From positions 1 to 64,000 of the forward strand of contig ML002216.1 of assembly GCA_003614675.1 (NCBI GenBank): a stretch of 64,000 bases of DNA, in the 5' to 3' direction. Source of the stretch: Dimargaris cristalligena. Taxonomy: Eukaryota. Each line of letters starts with the position of its first letter. The first letter of the stretch is position 1. Shown in pieces: positions 25,336-37,943 of this stretch. The position numbers and the translations under genes were made by a program. The notes beneath the pieces are model-generated. The model was not told the origin of the DNA. It saw only the letters and a program-made list of their open reading frames with translations, and did not search any database.

Positions 25336-26598
25336 TCATGAGCTAGATAGTCGCTTCAGCAGCTCAGACAGCCGATTCTTCTGTCGTATAGCCAAATGGG
25401 CAACAAGCTCCTCTTGGTCAATATCATCCATGACCCGATGAATAGTCCTATTCAGGGCGGGATCGGACGTAGTACCGTTCATGGCCATCTCATTCAAATA
25501 ATAAATAATAATGTCCGTTTCGGGTAGAGAGCGGGCCCAATTTCGATTGCTCCGACCGTCCCAGACCACCTCGATTAGGGCGTTATACACATCCGTGGTC
25601 ATCATTTGGGCATAAGCCACCGGGCCTCGTCGTTTGAGCTCGGCCAGAATTACAAAAATAAAATTATAGAGACCCTGGAGTTGACAATGCTTAAAACAGC
25701 CGACCAAAAGGCGCGGGCTCAGAGACGGGACGGTCGAATTGTGCGCCCGCCGGTCCTCTAGCCCCAGTCCTAGTCCTAGTCCTAGTCCCAGCCCTGAACC
25801 CGATTGGGGAGTAGTAGTCCGGGGGGTCCACTCGGTCGGTACGGGTGATCTATTTGGGTCAACTGTACCAGGAGCGAATGGGGATAAGGATGCGGGTGAA
25901 GGTGAAGGTGAAGGTGGGGCCGCAAAAATGGTAGCCAAGTGTTGACCAAATTCGAGGTCAGTGCGACACTGGGCCAGTTTCGATAGCCACGTTTCAATGG
26001 CGTCCATCTTCAGCATCGTGTCCATAAAATGGCCCAAGGGAGTGAGCGTGGAGCGGCCCAACTGGGCAGTGGAAGAAGAACCAGCCGATTTGTCAGAGGC
26101 TGCGTTCGCCGGGGCATTGTCGCCCGCAAACCATTGGGCGATCTCCTCGTCCGACATGGAGCCGATCTGCACGTTTCCCGACTGGGCCTTCGAGGCCGCT
26201 ACCTCCCCAGCATCGGTACTGGGGGCGTCCAACCTCTGGGAAAACTCCACCAGGGCCAGGTCGTCCAGCGAATCGAGGGACCATTCGGTAGACGCCGCGG
26301 TACCCGGTGCCAGTGAACGGGTTTGCGATTTGCGACCAGCCGGGGCCGTTGTCCATTTGGGAGGTGGTTTCCGGGGTTGTTTATCCTCCTGCTGTTCGAG
26401 AAGATCGACCAAGTATTTTTCGAGAGGCGATAGGGCGTTGCTGACCGTGTCAGTGGGAGAAGTACGGGACTCGGGTGGAGTGGCTGCTTCAGTGGAAAGT
26501 AGTGCCTTAAACTTGGGAGAAGGGAAACCTCCCAGAGGCCTAGGTTGAACTCGAGGCAACCGGAGGACCGACCATGTGCGATAGGTTCTGGAGAGCAT
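25336..26598 (-). CDS. Mitochondrial Mtf2/Nam1-like protein (Mtf2 C-terminal-domain-like)
   Basis: Arg-rich presequence MLSRTYRTWSVLRLPR. C-terminal TDLEF...LKRRGPVAYAQMMTTDVYNALIEVVW...YLNEMAMNGTTSD pattern recalled from Mtf2-like proteins. Confidence 0.55.
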   Translation of the reverse strand: MLSRTYRTWSVLRLPRVQPRPLGGFPSPKFKALLSTEAATPPESRTSPTDTVSNALSPLEKYLVDLLEQQEDKQPRKPPPKWTTAPAGRKSQTRSLAPGTAASTEWSLDSLDDLALVEFSQRLDAPSTDAGEVAASKAQSGNVQIGSMSDEEIAQWFAGDNAPANAASDKSAGSSSTAQLGRSTLTPLGHFMDTMLKMDAIETWLSKLAQCRTDLEFGQHLATIFAAPPSPSPSPASLSPFAPGTVDPNRSPVPTEWTPRTTTPQSGSGLGLGLGLGLGLEDRRAHNSTVPSLSPRLLVGCFKHCQLQGLYNFIFVILAELKRRGPVAYAQMMTTDVYNALIEVVWDGRSNRNWARSLPETDIIIYYLNEMAMNGTTSDPALNRTIHRVMDDIDQEELVAHLAIRQKNRLSELLKRLSSS

Positions 26599-27692
26599 CG
26601 GAACAGCCAATTAAAGTAAATGTGGAATGGAAGGATCAAGGTTCACCATAAAAAAAAGAAAGACGATCCAAGAAATATTGAGGCCCGGGATTTAAGTGGG
26701 TGTTAGATTTAGAGAAAAGTATGGCTTCTTACGGTTATGGAATCCCATAGAAAACAGTTGGATAAAAACCCCCATGTTTCTGGTGAAGCTGACGACCATA
26801 TCACTGACAGTTCTAGGCGTACTTTACTATCTCGGCCCTCGTCATAACTAATATACCGACCGATGCTTCATGGTTAAACTAGGTTCGCTAAATGTGCGGG
26901 CTGTGTAAGTAACAAACGGACTATGTACCATACCGGTCCATTCGGTGATACCCAATTCCGGTTTGGTTAAGAAGTCTCTAAGCGCTGAATTTAGAGATAT
27001 AGTCCTCCCCTCTCGGTGTCAGTTTGCAGAGCTCTGTCTAGTTAACACTGTTACATATATTTATTTTCTCTAACAATCGGGCAGGTAAGCTGCCTCCAAT
27101 TATAGCTACAAAAGTGTAGTGAGGCATAAAGGGATTTTGAATGATCGAATTACGAAATTAAACAACACGCCTAATAAATAGTCAATGGGAACTCAATTAT
27201 AATAATTATTACAGGTTTGTTCGTCTACATCTGCATGGCTCTGGCAATTGCGTAAGAATGTGATCTAATGGCACCCCCGCAGCCATCAAACCGGATCAAT
27301 CGAAAGGTAACAAAATTAGATTTGGGCCATAATCCCCTCAACAAAAATCGAAGCCACCTGGGACTAGTCAACTTAAATGCAATTCTTTGAATATCCCTTC
27401 GTATTTGAAATAGAAAGAGATCTACCTCATTATCAAGTACAGAAACGGCCAAACATCCTTTATAGAGCCATAATGTTCAAATGTCCCTATGGATAAATAT
27501 TGTATAAGTCGGGAATACCTGATATGAATGGTGTTTTATTATCGGGTAGCATACACAAGGCCACGAGCAAGAGGCATCTAAACTCGTGTCGACTGAGAAT
27601 GGGGTTGGGGAAGTCGCAAATATGCCGAATCAACTGGCCAAAACGTTAAAAGTCGGGCGAAAACTTGCGGTTAGGGTGGTGGTAAAGGCGGC

Positions 27693-28622
27693 TTAAGAGG
27701 AGGCGGCGGGGGCAGCGGGCTTCTTGCAAGTGGCGACTAGAGAATAGTAAGGGTTGATTGATGTCAAGTAATAGAACGTAGAGGGTTAGCATTTGAAGCA
27801 GCACACACGTTATCCGTTAGAGAGGCTACCCTAGGACAATTCCAAGTCTCAAAGGCCATCCGACATGTTGTGGGGAAAGATTCAAGATTCGAATGAAACG
27901 GCTAATCAAGGCAACCACAAAATACCATAGGAGCAATAGTGTCAACGAAGCTCGGTGTTATAAATCGACGTACCTTCACGGAAACCGTTCATGAAACGTT
28001 GGGCAACGTGCTTCATGTAACGCATTCTGCCGGTACCGGTGGTCTTTCTGCGCTTAGCCTTCTCGCTCCAGTTGTACTTGCGGATCTTGGCGGAGGGGTA
28101 GCCGCAGGAAGAGCAAGTCTTCTTCTGGTTGTGGAAGGACTTACGGCCGCAACGACGGCAGAGCGTGTGCGTCTTAATGTGGCGCTTACCAAAACTGGTG
28201 GTACCCTTGGTCTATTGGTTGGACGGCGCGCATAAAAACGAAGCAGATGGGGAAAGAAAGTGACAAGATAGAATACAGTACAGGCGTTGGTTATGGACGA
28301 TAGGTTAGTCAGCTGAAGGTATGAGGGGTGTACGGTGGGAGTACTGCCGACGAGGAGGACGAACCGACGGAGGAACGGATGTATATCGGGAGACGTGCGT
28401 AGGTTCGTCGAAACCATCCACCCACCCATCCATCAATCTATCCATCCATCCATCGGGACGACCATACGTTCGTTCGTTCATTCGTTCATTCGTTCGTTTA
28501 CATGGATGTTCTCTAGCTCGCACGGCGTAGTTGTTTCTTTGCGGTCATTCGGTCACCGACGAAGGATGGTGAGGGGTAGCACGCGAATATCGTCGAGGAA
28601 TCGAGGGGTCGCCACTTACCAT
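27693..28622 (-). CDS. RPL37: 60S ribosomal protein L37 (eL37); exons 28622-28620 (ATG only), 28211-27974, 27736-27693
   Basis: [39 protein letters not shown]...[22 protein letters not shown]. Canonical splice sites. Confidence 0.95.
28416..28498. repeat. Adjacent imperfect (CCAT)n and (CGTT/CATT)n tetranucleotide repeats in RPL37 intron 1
   Basis: catccacccacccatccatcaatctatccatccatccatc followed by cgttcgttcgttcattcgttcattcgttcgtt. Confidence 0.8.
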
Positions 28623-29877
28623 TTTGACTTAGATTTGGGGATGAAGATGTCGGTAATGGGCGAAAGAGCCAATCTGTTGCGACTACAGATGGATTACAGA
28701 AACAAGAGAAGGTTGCCTAGGTTAGTGCCCCACAATTTCCTATAAACCACTTTTGATATACTGACGATTGGCTGCTTATCTTTCCCGCCCACCTATGATT
28801 TTTACTCTCACACACACTCCCTCTGTTGCTATATGTGGATGGCACTAGGTATGGTGGCAGTGGTGGGGGAAAATGGTATATGGCGGAAATAGCCCTCTGA
28901 AGCCATCTATCCTCCTCCCCTTTGCCCAGTTGACCATACTCCTCAAGGTATCTACTACTTTTTCCTGTCATCAACACATGTATTTCCTCACCTCAACTCG
29001 ACTTGCGCCTCATGAACTCGTTTTCCCTCCTTTCTCTGCACATACTCTTTTAGTCAGGTCCCTCTTTAAACCGTACTGCTATTATGAATTCCCCACTTAC
29101 ATAACATTTCAATACCTTCCAGCCAGGCAGTTGAACATGTCTAGTCAATGGCTCGCAAGGAGGAAGTTGCCGGTTTTGCATATGTCTATAAACGACTCCA
29201 GGCTCGAGGCATGCACATGTCTACCCCCGTCATTGTATTATTGAGCTCTAGTGACTCATAGCAGCTTCTAGTTCGTTATTGGCTGGAGACTGGAAGACGA
29301 ACGATTATAGTGAACGTACTTCATTAAGACTTAACTACTACGCAGCACAAACCCGCCTTGTTTATTAAGTTAATGGAGGATGAATTTGATACTGGTGAAT
29401 ATTTAGGAGTATTCATTCGCCTCACAGGAGTCCCATTGAAAAATGTACTTTAGAAGTGTAAATCCCAATATATTATTCACATATTGGCAAATAGTAGTGG
29501 TATGCTCCATAAGTTGTGTAAATTATTGGATGGGACCCCCCCCCGCCCCCCTCAATACTACCCGGACGCTTGGTGGGGATCACACATTTTGCCCATCAGC
29601 TTTACCGGATAAATTAAAGTACACTTTATCAACACTGTATTATCAGGCAAACCTGCTACTATTGAGATTATACTTTTTTACTAGAAGTTATAAAAGGCTG
29701 GAGAAGCATTGGTCATGGTGGCAGCCTATGGTAGGTTATAACTAAGGACAATGAATATAAAAAAAGGAAAGGGTGGAAATGACAGGAGTGAGTAATATGT
29801 AAAGGGTGGAATGTATAAATAGCTGAACAATAGACAGTACGCAATCTGTCATCAAGTTGGCCCAAAGTGGCAATTGG

Positions 29878-32800
29878 TTACCATGAGAGGATTTCCTGGC
29901 TAGCGTCATTACAGCTCCTGGTACTGGCCTGGGCTTCATCGGCACTGTTGCTACCACAGGCAGAACCGGCGGCGTACTTATCAGGGTCGTCCGAGATGGC
30001 GGCCCGGAAGAGGCTGGCGCCGTACTTATTGTACATGGCAGTCACACCACCACCGCTGAGCAGGCGCTCTTCCATAAGGGAGAGACCGAAGGGGAAGGTC
30101 TTGCCACCGGCGTGGATAAGGCGCTCCTTAACGTCAATGCTGATTTCGGCACCCTCTTGGGCAATGTCGTAGAACTCGGGGTCCTTGAGGACGATTCCGA
30201 GCAGAGACATGTTGGGCTGGTTACGGGCGTAGATGAAGGCAAAAGACTTGGCAATGACGGCCTTGACACCGGCACCGCGGATGGCACGGGGAGCCTCCTC
30301 GCGGGAGGAACCGGAGCCGAAGCCCTCTTCACCCACAATGATGTTGAAGCCCTGCTTGACACGCTCGCGGAATTCGGGGCGCACGTGGAGGAAACAGCTC
30401 TCACCGAATTCCTCGTCAGTACCAGCACCGATGGCCTGGGCGGGGATAATTTGATCGGTATCGACGTGGTCACCGAAGCGCTGGACCTTACCAGTAATCA
30501 AAGTCGAGAAGGATCCAGTCGAGCTGTCCGTTTTCATGGGGCTACCGACACTGCCGCTGGTAGTGGTAGACTGGCCCTCGGGGGCCTCCTCGAAGGGCGA
30601 GGGGTTGGGCTCCGACACCACCACCTGGTCCACGGGCTTCTCGAGCCAGAGCTCCAGCATCTTCTGGAAGCGATCGTGGTCAATGGCGTTAAGCAGTTCG
30701 GTGGGGTCAGTCACAGCCATGTCGAAGCTGGAGACAGCTACTGTAGCTGCGCTGGCCAGGTTGGCAATACTACCGGGACCCATGCGGTTCTTGAAGTTAC
30801 GGTTCTGGGAGCTGAGCCAGACTTCACCGGCCAGGGCCTTATCGGCGGCCACCGCAATGCAGTAAGAGCAGCCAGGGGCACCAACGACGAAACCGGCCTT
30901 CTCGTAAGCAGACAGGAGGCCCAAGCGGCGGAGCTTAGCCAGGATGGGTACGGAGCCGGGGGTTACACGGCGCTTGCCATTGACAGTGGGGACCTTACCG
31001 GCCTTGAGACCAGCCTCCAGGACCAGAGCACCCATGATGAGGTCTTCCTCGGCCGTGGTACAGGCACCAATGAAGACACCGTCGAGCTTCATGTCCAGAG
31101 TGTCAAAAACGGGTACCACGTTATCGGGGGAAGGGTACAAGGCGACCAGGGGGTCGACGTCAGCCAAATTAATGACGTGGGTCTCGGCGTACTGGCAGTC
31201 GGGGTCGGCGCGGAAGTAGAGGGCCGAGTTTTTGTTATCGGGGTTGGTACGCTTGGAGATGTAAGAGGCGGTGATTTCGTCGGCCTCAAAGACACCAGCG
31301 ATACCACCGAATTCAGTAGTCATGTTGGAGATGGCGAACCGGGCGTCACAGCTCATGTACTTAAGACCGGGGCCGGTGTATTCCACGGCGCGTTCCATGG
31401 CCACGGTGTTACGCTTGAGCTTACCGAGCACGTACAGAATGATGTCCTTACCGCCCACACCGAAGCGGGGCTTACCCACGAAGCGGATGTTGACGGTTTC
31501 GGGCACCTTGAACCAGGTCTCACCAGTGACCAAGGGCATCACCACGTCGGCAGCCCCCAGACCCACAGCGAGGGCACCTACGGCACCGGCCGAGCAGGTG
31601 TGGGAGTCGGCACCAATCACCACCTGACCGGGCTGGGCGCGTTCGCGGTAGAACTCGGTATGCAGGATGGTATAGTTGGGGCGGTAAAAGTCCACCAGAT
31701 CGACCTCCTTGGCGAAGCTCTCCGACACGTTGACGAGGTGCTTCACCCGGGGTTGGTCCATAATACGGGGGTCCACGGAGTGGTCAATGGCCAGCCAGAA
31801 ACGGTCGTTACGGTTCACGCCGGGGCGGCCCATGAGATCGTAGGTCTTGTTCATGCCAATCCAGGTCAGCTCGGAAGCGACGGTCCAGTCGACCGAGACA
31901 CAGACCATATCACCAGGGGTGACGTGGCCAGGGGCAGGCAAATTGATGGCATTGTGGGCCAGAATCTTTTCGCAGATGGTCATACCACGGCGCTCGGTGG
32001 GGCGGTGAAGGAGAAGACCGCGGGGCACGCGGGCGTCGGCCGAGTTCAGGCCGCTCAGAAGGGGAAGGAGGGCCTTAATGACGGCATCACCCATCTCGAC
32101 AGTGGTGGCCTGGCCGCCCAAGTCACGGGTACGGATGCCGAACCCGTTGTACTGATCATCGTCAATTACGCGGCGTACGGCCTGCTCAATGGCGTTGGCC
32201 TCAGCCTCCAGACCCATGGAGTAGCGCAGCATCATGGCGGCGCTAAGAATGGTACCGATGGGGTTGGCAATGCCCTGTCCGGCAATATCGGGGGCGGAGC
32301 CGTGGATGGGTTCATAGAGACCCTTGCAAGAGCCCTTGCCGTCGGGGAGCCCACTGAGGGAGGCGGAGGGCAGGAGCCCCAGGCTACCGGGGATCACACT
32401 GGCTTCGTCGCTCAGAATATCACCAAACATATTTTCGGTGAGGATAACACCGTTTAGGAGCTTGGGGTTGCGGATCATGTGCATGGCGGCTGAGTCAACC
32501 AAGTGGTGGTCCAGCTTGATTTCAGGGAACTCCTTCTCGATGGTCTCGGTGACCACCTTGCGCCAGAGACGGGAGGTAGCCAGCACGTTGGCTTTGTCAA
32601 TGGAGTGAATGGGGAGGGGAGGGGACTGCTGCATGGCCAGGTTGGCGGCGCACCGAGTAATACGGCGGATTTCGTCGGCCGAATAGGGCATAGTATCGTA
32701 GGCGAAGCCGTCGACGTCGCCCTCCTTACGCTCACCAAAGTAGACACCTCCGATGAGTTCACGGACGATAATGTAGTCGGTACCGCGGACCACGTCGGCC

Positions 32801-33222
32801 TTCAAGGGAGATGAGTCAATTAAAGATTTGCTAATGAAGTAGACAGGGCGGATATTGGCGTACAGGTTGAGCACTTTCCGGAGGTCCAGAAGACCCTGTT
32901 CGGGGCGGGGACCGAGGCCCTTGCTGGGGTCGGTGGGATCGACGGGACGGGGCCACTGAGGGCCACCAATGGCGCCCATTAGAATGGCATCAGCCTCCCC
33001 CGCGGCAGCCAGAGTCTCTGGGGGGCAGGGGGAGCCAGTGGCATCGATGGCAGCACCACCAGCGAGAATGTGGCGGAAGGCAATCTGGAAACCCTGGGAG
33101 CGAGAGCGCTTTTGGGAGACCACTTGAAGCACACGGACGGCTTCGCGGGTGATTTCGGGGCCGATGCCGTCACCGGCGATGACGGCAACATTGTAGGTGC
33201 GGGGCTGACCAGTAGGGGCCAT
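29878..33222 (-). CDS. Fusion protein: 3-isopropylmalate dehydrogenase (Leu2/LeuB) + aconitase-family dehydratase large domain (LeuC/HacA-like) + swivel domain (LeuD/HacB-like)
   Basis: One intronless 1114-aa ORF. IPMDH motifs [48 protein letters not shown]. Dehydratase from MTICEKIL (31983) with DH, DSHT, GACT, GCSYC, NRNF. Swivel domain with [23 protein letters not shown]. Confidence 0.93.
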   Translation of the reverse strand: MAPTGQPRTYNVAVIAGDGIGPEITREAVRVLQVVSQKRSRSQGFQIAFRHILAGGAAIDATGSPCPPETLAAAGEADAILMGAIGGPQWPRPVDPTDPSKGLGPRPEQGLLDLRKVLNLYANIRPVYFISKSLIDSSPLKADVVRGTDYIIVRELIGGVYFGERKEGDVDGFAYDTMPYSADEIRRITRCAANLAMQQSPPLPIHSIDKANVLATSRLWRKVVTETIEKEFPEIKLDHHLVDSAAMHMIRNPKLLNGVILTENMFGDILSDEASVIPGSLGLLPSASLSGLPDGKGSCKGLYEPIHGSAPDIAGQGIANPIGTILSAAMMLRYSMGLEAEANAIEQAVRRVIDDDQYNGFGIRTRDLGGQATTVEMGDAVIKALLPLLSGLNSADARVPRGLLLHRPTERRGMTICEKILAHNAINLPAPGHVTPGDMVCVSVDWTVASELTWIGMNKTYDLMGRPGVNRNDRFWLAIDHSVDPRIMDQPRVKHLVNVSESFAKEVDLVDFYRPNYTILHTEFYRERAQPGQVVIGADSHTCSAGAVGALAVGLGAADVVMPLVTGETWFKVPETVNIRFVGKPRFGVGGKDIILYVLGKLKRNTVAMERAVEYTGPGLKYMSCDARFAISNMTTEFGGIAGVFEADEITASYISKRTNPDNKNSALYFRADPDCQYAETHVINLADVDPLVALYPSPDNVVPVFDTLDMKLDGVFIGACTTAEEDLIMGALVLEAGLKAGKVPTVNGKRRVTPGSVPILAKLRRLGLLSAYEKAGFVVGAPGCSYCIAVAADKALAGEVWLSSQNRNFKNRMGPGSIANLASAATVAVSSFDMAVTDPTELLNAIDHDRFQKMLELWLEKPVDQVVVSEPNPSPFEEAPEGQSTTTSGSVGSPMKTDSSTGSFSTLITGKVQRFGDHVDTDQIIPAQAIGAGTDEEFGESCFLHVRPEFRERVKQGFNIIVGEEGFGSGSSREEAPRAIRGAGVKAVIAKSFAFIYARNQPNMSLLGIVLKDPEFYDIAQEGAEISIDVKERLIHAGGKTFPFGLSLMEERLLSGGGVTAMYNKYGASLFRAAISDDPDKYAAGSACGSNSADEAQASTRSCNDASQEILSW

Positions 33223-34184
33223 ATTGATTAAATATTTCTTTTGGGAACGGGCGGGGGTATGTAAAAATGGCGGACTGGTCTAGAGAGGTGGGAATGGGGA
33301 GCACGTATCGAGGAGAACGGACAGTAGGTGTTTCGGTGAATCAGTGCCCGAGAAAACAAATGCAAATGGGCTATAAAGGGAATACCGCTTAGATGGCCGT
33401 GGTGGGATGCGTGGTTGTTATACGGGGAGCGACCAGGTAATGGGACTAGCGCAGCGGTAATGGGTGGAGCAGTTGTATAGGGCACAACACTTACCAATAG
33501 AACAGTGTAGAGGAGGTGGGAAAGAAAGAGGCCAATGGATAGCAGGAGGAACACGAAGGAGGGGGGACTGCTTTTAGGTGGTTTTAAAACGGGCAAGGTG
33601 GGACAAACCTTACGGAGGGAGATAAGTTAAACAAAGTAGGGTAGTGGTACAGAACAAAGCAGCCGATGCGGTAATCTAAAGGAGGGGTATATGCAATGTA
33701 GAGGCAGGGGTGTCTGGAACAAGAAACGGATAAAGCGCAAATAACTGAGGTTGGCCGGCCGGGTTCTTTATATATCCAGCTATCAATGATGCATATAGGG
33801 TGTATATGCGGTTAGTATAGTATAGATAGTATCGTGGGGAAGTTGGTTGGGGATATATCGCCTTTGCAATTGAAATAGGTATGGCCAATATATTATGACA
33901 TGGCCATTTGCTCGGAGGTGGCGGGATTGGATAGACTAATGGGGTCCTTGCCATTTTAACCTATACCCCAGCGTCCCTTGATGACCCATTAAACAGAGCG
34001 TTTGCCGCCCATTGGCCCTTCATAGAGGGTGAGAGTCATTTAGCGCGTCTGAGGCGCCCATCAAGTAATGTGCTTCCCTGATAACATCTCCTCTTTCCCT
34101 TACGAAAGGGTGTCCTCTAAAGCTGGAGGCACATGGCGAAACAATACTAAATCCCTTCCGATTGGCTAGACTATTTCATCGATG

Positions 34185-34191
34185 TGACTCA
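34185..34191. promoter_or_regulatory. Candidate Gcn4/CpcA-type site (TGACTCA) upstream of the leucine fusion gene
   Basis: Exact TGACTCA about 960 bp upstream of the ATG. GAGTCA also at 34033-34038. Confidence 0.3.
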
Positions 34192-36005
34192 CTCCCTACA
34201 GCAGCAACCCCCCTCTTCTTCTTCAACAGTAGTTGTCACTCCCGCAGAGGGTTAGAGTTTGGGGCCTGGGCACTGGAGAGAGGGTGTTTACTACCCACCT
34301 ACATTTCCTCGACCAACGATTGTCTGATGCCCTGATTCTTCCATCCGATTCCAGGGCACCATTGATCTATTTTTTATGATATCAAATTGGCATGTCGGCC
34401 CAGGTTCTGGGGGGCATATCACTGCTTCTTCAAGAGATATATATTATACCTCCATAACTGGCAGCCAGAGATATTTGTCAATCCAACCGCAGATCATCCG
34501 CCCTATATTGACCTAATCCGACTCTAAATTTTTAATTTAGTCACCTGACCGTTAGAAGCAGCTAATTGTTGGTTTATTACTTATCTAAAGGTGGAGTAGT
34601 ATACATCTGCAGATATCGAATGGTGTGGGCGAGAGGCATTCCCATCAGGGGTGCAATTTATGCACAACCTAATAATTGAATCAGCGAAAAACTTGAATCA
34701 GCGCAATAAGCCTACTCACCCATACGTGTCTGCCTTATAAACCAATGCCCCCCTGTCGCATTAGAGGCGGACACGTCATATACACAGTTGTTACAGTATG
34801 GTGGTGGTATGGTGTTGACGACTATTGACAGTTGATCTATGGCCTTTGGCCGGGTAATTTATCACAAGGAAGTCGACTCCCCAAGAAAGGCATTCAATAG
34901 GTAGATGGTGTCCAGGGTCTGTTGCATTGGTATTTGTGACGTCTAGTTTTAGAGGTTAATAAGTTGCCAAAGATTCTATTTTATGGGGAATGCCAGGACC
35001 GCGGTGGGTGATGGACTGTCACTCCGTTTTGTCAGACTGACCTTGGGCTCAAACCACCAATCAAAATCTTTCCTTGGGCACATTTTAACCCAATTTGCCG
35101 CGCTCATTTTTTAACCTCTACAGTTACGGGCCCAACCAAACTATCCGCCCGCGGCATTAAACAGCCTTACTATACTTTAATGGTCAGGTGTCATTTTCTG
35201 GTGATTGCGGCAATCAGTAACGAGGGGGGTAAGAAGAAAAACATGTATATTTAAAATTCGGAAAGTAGTCGGTATGGCCTAGTACCCAGCCCGTCTAAGG
35301 GCATCTTGTCAGCGGAAGCCCTAGGAATCACTCTATATCAGGGGAGCACCACGGCTGCAAACGTTGGTGACAAGGGGAGATGGCTCGCGCCAATTTGTAT
35401 TAATCTTGTAACTGTTAGTTGATCTATTGTAACTACTTGGTATTGTAGTATATAATTTTCAAAGCGTATGGGTAATATTCAGCACAGCTGTATAAGACTT
35501 TGAATGGTATATGTACGGGATCATAGGCAGGTGATTCATTTTCAACTGGTAGTATTTGCCCTATCCAACGGATTATTCATTATGCAGCCTGGTTGAACCT
35601 CTCCCGTATTCCTTATATTACCCGACTGAAATAGTTGCAATTATCTGTTAACTGTCGGTTTGGCAATCGCAAATTTATCAACGGATTTAACTACTCTATC
35701 AGGTACTATTATGGATCCGCCTCTATTTATCCATTGAGTAGTAAAAAAAATCAACCTTCTTAACAATGCTTTCGTTTCCCATCACTCGAACCTCGCAATA
35801 ATAGACAATTGCATTGTCGTGTTATTAGGCCAACCTACTTGTTATAAATAGGCGATTTCCGGGCACCTTTTGTACAAATATGCTTGGCTAGAGCTACACC
35901 CGACAATTCCAGAGCATTTGGATTTCTTAACCTCGGTTTGTATTGAAGTACTCAAATATCCATTCGGTTTATCTCGTATTAGTTAAATTATCTCTTTATT
36001 GGGCT

Positions 36006-36449
36006 ATGGCGTTTCTTTCATTTTTTAACCCGCTTTCCAACTCTATGCCCGGCGATGCCCCCTCATCCATTCCACCCAGATTAAGTACCGCTAAGCCCCA
36101 TTCCGCACCCGACCTAACTGCCACTATATCATTGGTATCTTCGGGACCCGCTAACCTCACCGATGCTGGACTTACTGAAGATTACATGAAGCATATTATT
36201 TTTAGGAAAAATAGTTGTACGTTGGCTGATGGCATATCGTTTTATATAAATGGGACCACTGGGTCGACCAAGATCTCGCCAATTCACCAAAATTCCGCGA
36301 GTGCCTTCAATTTCGGAGTTAACGAACCGTCCCTCGACTTTCGTGTTCAGACTTTGGTGGTTGAGGTTGATTATCCCACAATCGAGCCCCCAAGAGGCAC
36401 CGATCCGGACGCCGGTGACAACTCGACCACTTCCCAGCCTCCCCGTTAA
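36006..36449 (+). CDS. Hypothetical lineage-specific protein
   Basis: ATG ORF of 147 aa with TATAAATA about 160 bp upstream. No recognisable family. Confidence 0.4.
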   Translation: MAFLSFFNPLSNSMPGDAPSSIPPRLSTAKPHSAPDLTATISLVSSGPANLTDAGLTEDYMKHIIFRKNSCTLADGISFYINGTTGSTKISPIHQNSASAFNFGVNEPSLDFRVQTLVVEVDYPTIEPPRGTDPDAGDNSTTSQPPR

Positions 36450-37943
36450 AGCCACAACTATACCCTCTTTTCGCATTGTATCGCTAGGGCCACACACCGA
36501 TTCAAATAATAGTTTTAATGCCAGGCTTTATCAATCGCCCCTGGTCGCCCAAACATCCTCTGGGCAATAGTCTTTACCCAACTGATTGGAGTACGCCTGT
36601 CTACGAGTGTCTTGTTGCTGTCAAATCCCGGCCTGAAATTCAACATGTTGTATTGGTACCCAATAAAGGCTAGGGTTTTTGTCGTATTGTTGTTAAAAAT
36701 AATTGCTGTAAATCGGACCTGATTTTTATTCTTGAAGTCTTTAATTTAGGTTGGTTGCAATTAGTTGTACCAGGCTTACTGAGTCCTGTCTACTACTGTT
36801 TTCGATTGATTTTCTCTCTCGAATCTATATGCACTTCCATCCTAATATCCATATGGGTGAATTTCAGTCGAACTATATAGAGTTTGGAATGTAATCTGTT
36901 TGGTAAATTCGGTGGAATTATATACTGTATACCTGTACTAAATTCTACTTATACGCCAATATACAAAGGGCCGCCGCTAAAAAGCGTTTAAATTGCACCC
37001 TTAGGTGGTACCAATCGAAAAAGCGAGGCCATCGGTTGAACTGGCCATGGTTCGCAATGTCTATTCCATGGTATATGCCAGTTGGCGGTGGAGGCAATTG
37101 GCGAAATGACCCTGCTAAGCAATTTTCCATAATGCATTAGGCAATACTGAGGTTGGCCCCCGGACTGCATTATCTTTAATGAATTTTCCAGCCAAATTCT
37201 TTAATTAAAGAATACTTAGGAGGTATAGGTATGAAAATATAAAAATCCACATCTTAAATCAAGTCCGAGTTGGTGCATGGTTATTAGCAAGGCAGGAAGA
37301 AGAACTATAGTGGGGTTGTAGAATCAATATAATAATGCCAATTGTATTACCATTGCCTAATTATACCAAAGTCGAATAGATGATTTTAACAGATTGATAC
37401 ATAGGGTATTGTCAGTTTCCGGCACCAATTTCAATATGACTAATCGGAATTATAGCCAGTCTAGAAAATACCAAAGATACTTCCCTGGCTGTACTATATA
37501 ATATAACCTGGCAATTTAGAAGTCAGAGCAGCTGTTTAAGCTAGCCAATTTCCATAATTTCCATTGAAATAAACAAAGGCATATGTCCACGGCCCCTCCA
37601 TTATTCACACTACTGAGACGTCATTATCATATGTATGGAATAACACAGCCTAACCGCCCTATTACCAGCCTTTATCCCTGTCCAACTTCTAAAAAGTAAT
37701 TTATTGAACTATTAACACGATTTATTTATTAAGCAGGAGTCAGAATATAAAAAGGGTGCTATCTCCAGCTACATATAATTACATAAATATATATATGAAG
37801 ATTAACCGGCAACATAAATTTTAAAAATACCACATTTAACCTGCACTTTGGCAGGCACCTCCAAGTCAGCTTTTTAAGTGGAGGCTGGGTTATTTGCCTG
37901 ACCATGGTCAGCCTCGGAGAGCTCATGGTCATGTTCATAGGCG

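Noticed and set aside
30112-32457. 781-aa + strand ORF antisense to the leucine fusion
   Set aside because: Shadow ORF from strong codon bias of the sense gene; no recognisable motifs.
36006-36449. Possible fourth member of the Tudor-like family
   Set aside because: Only faint similarity; lacks the diagnostic intron and the Pro at D+10.
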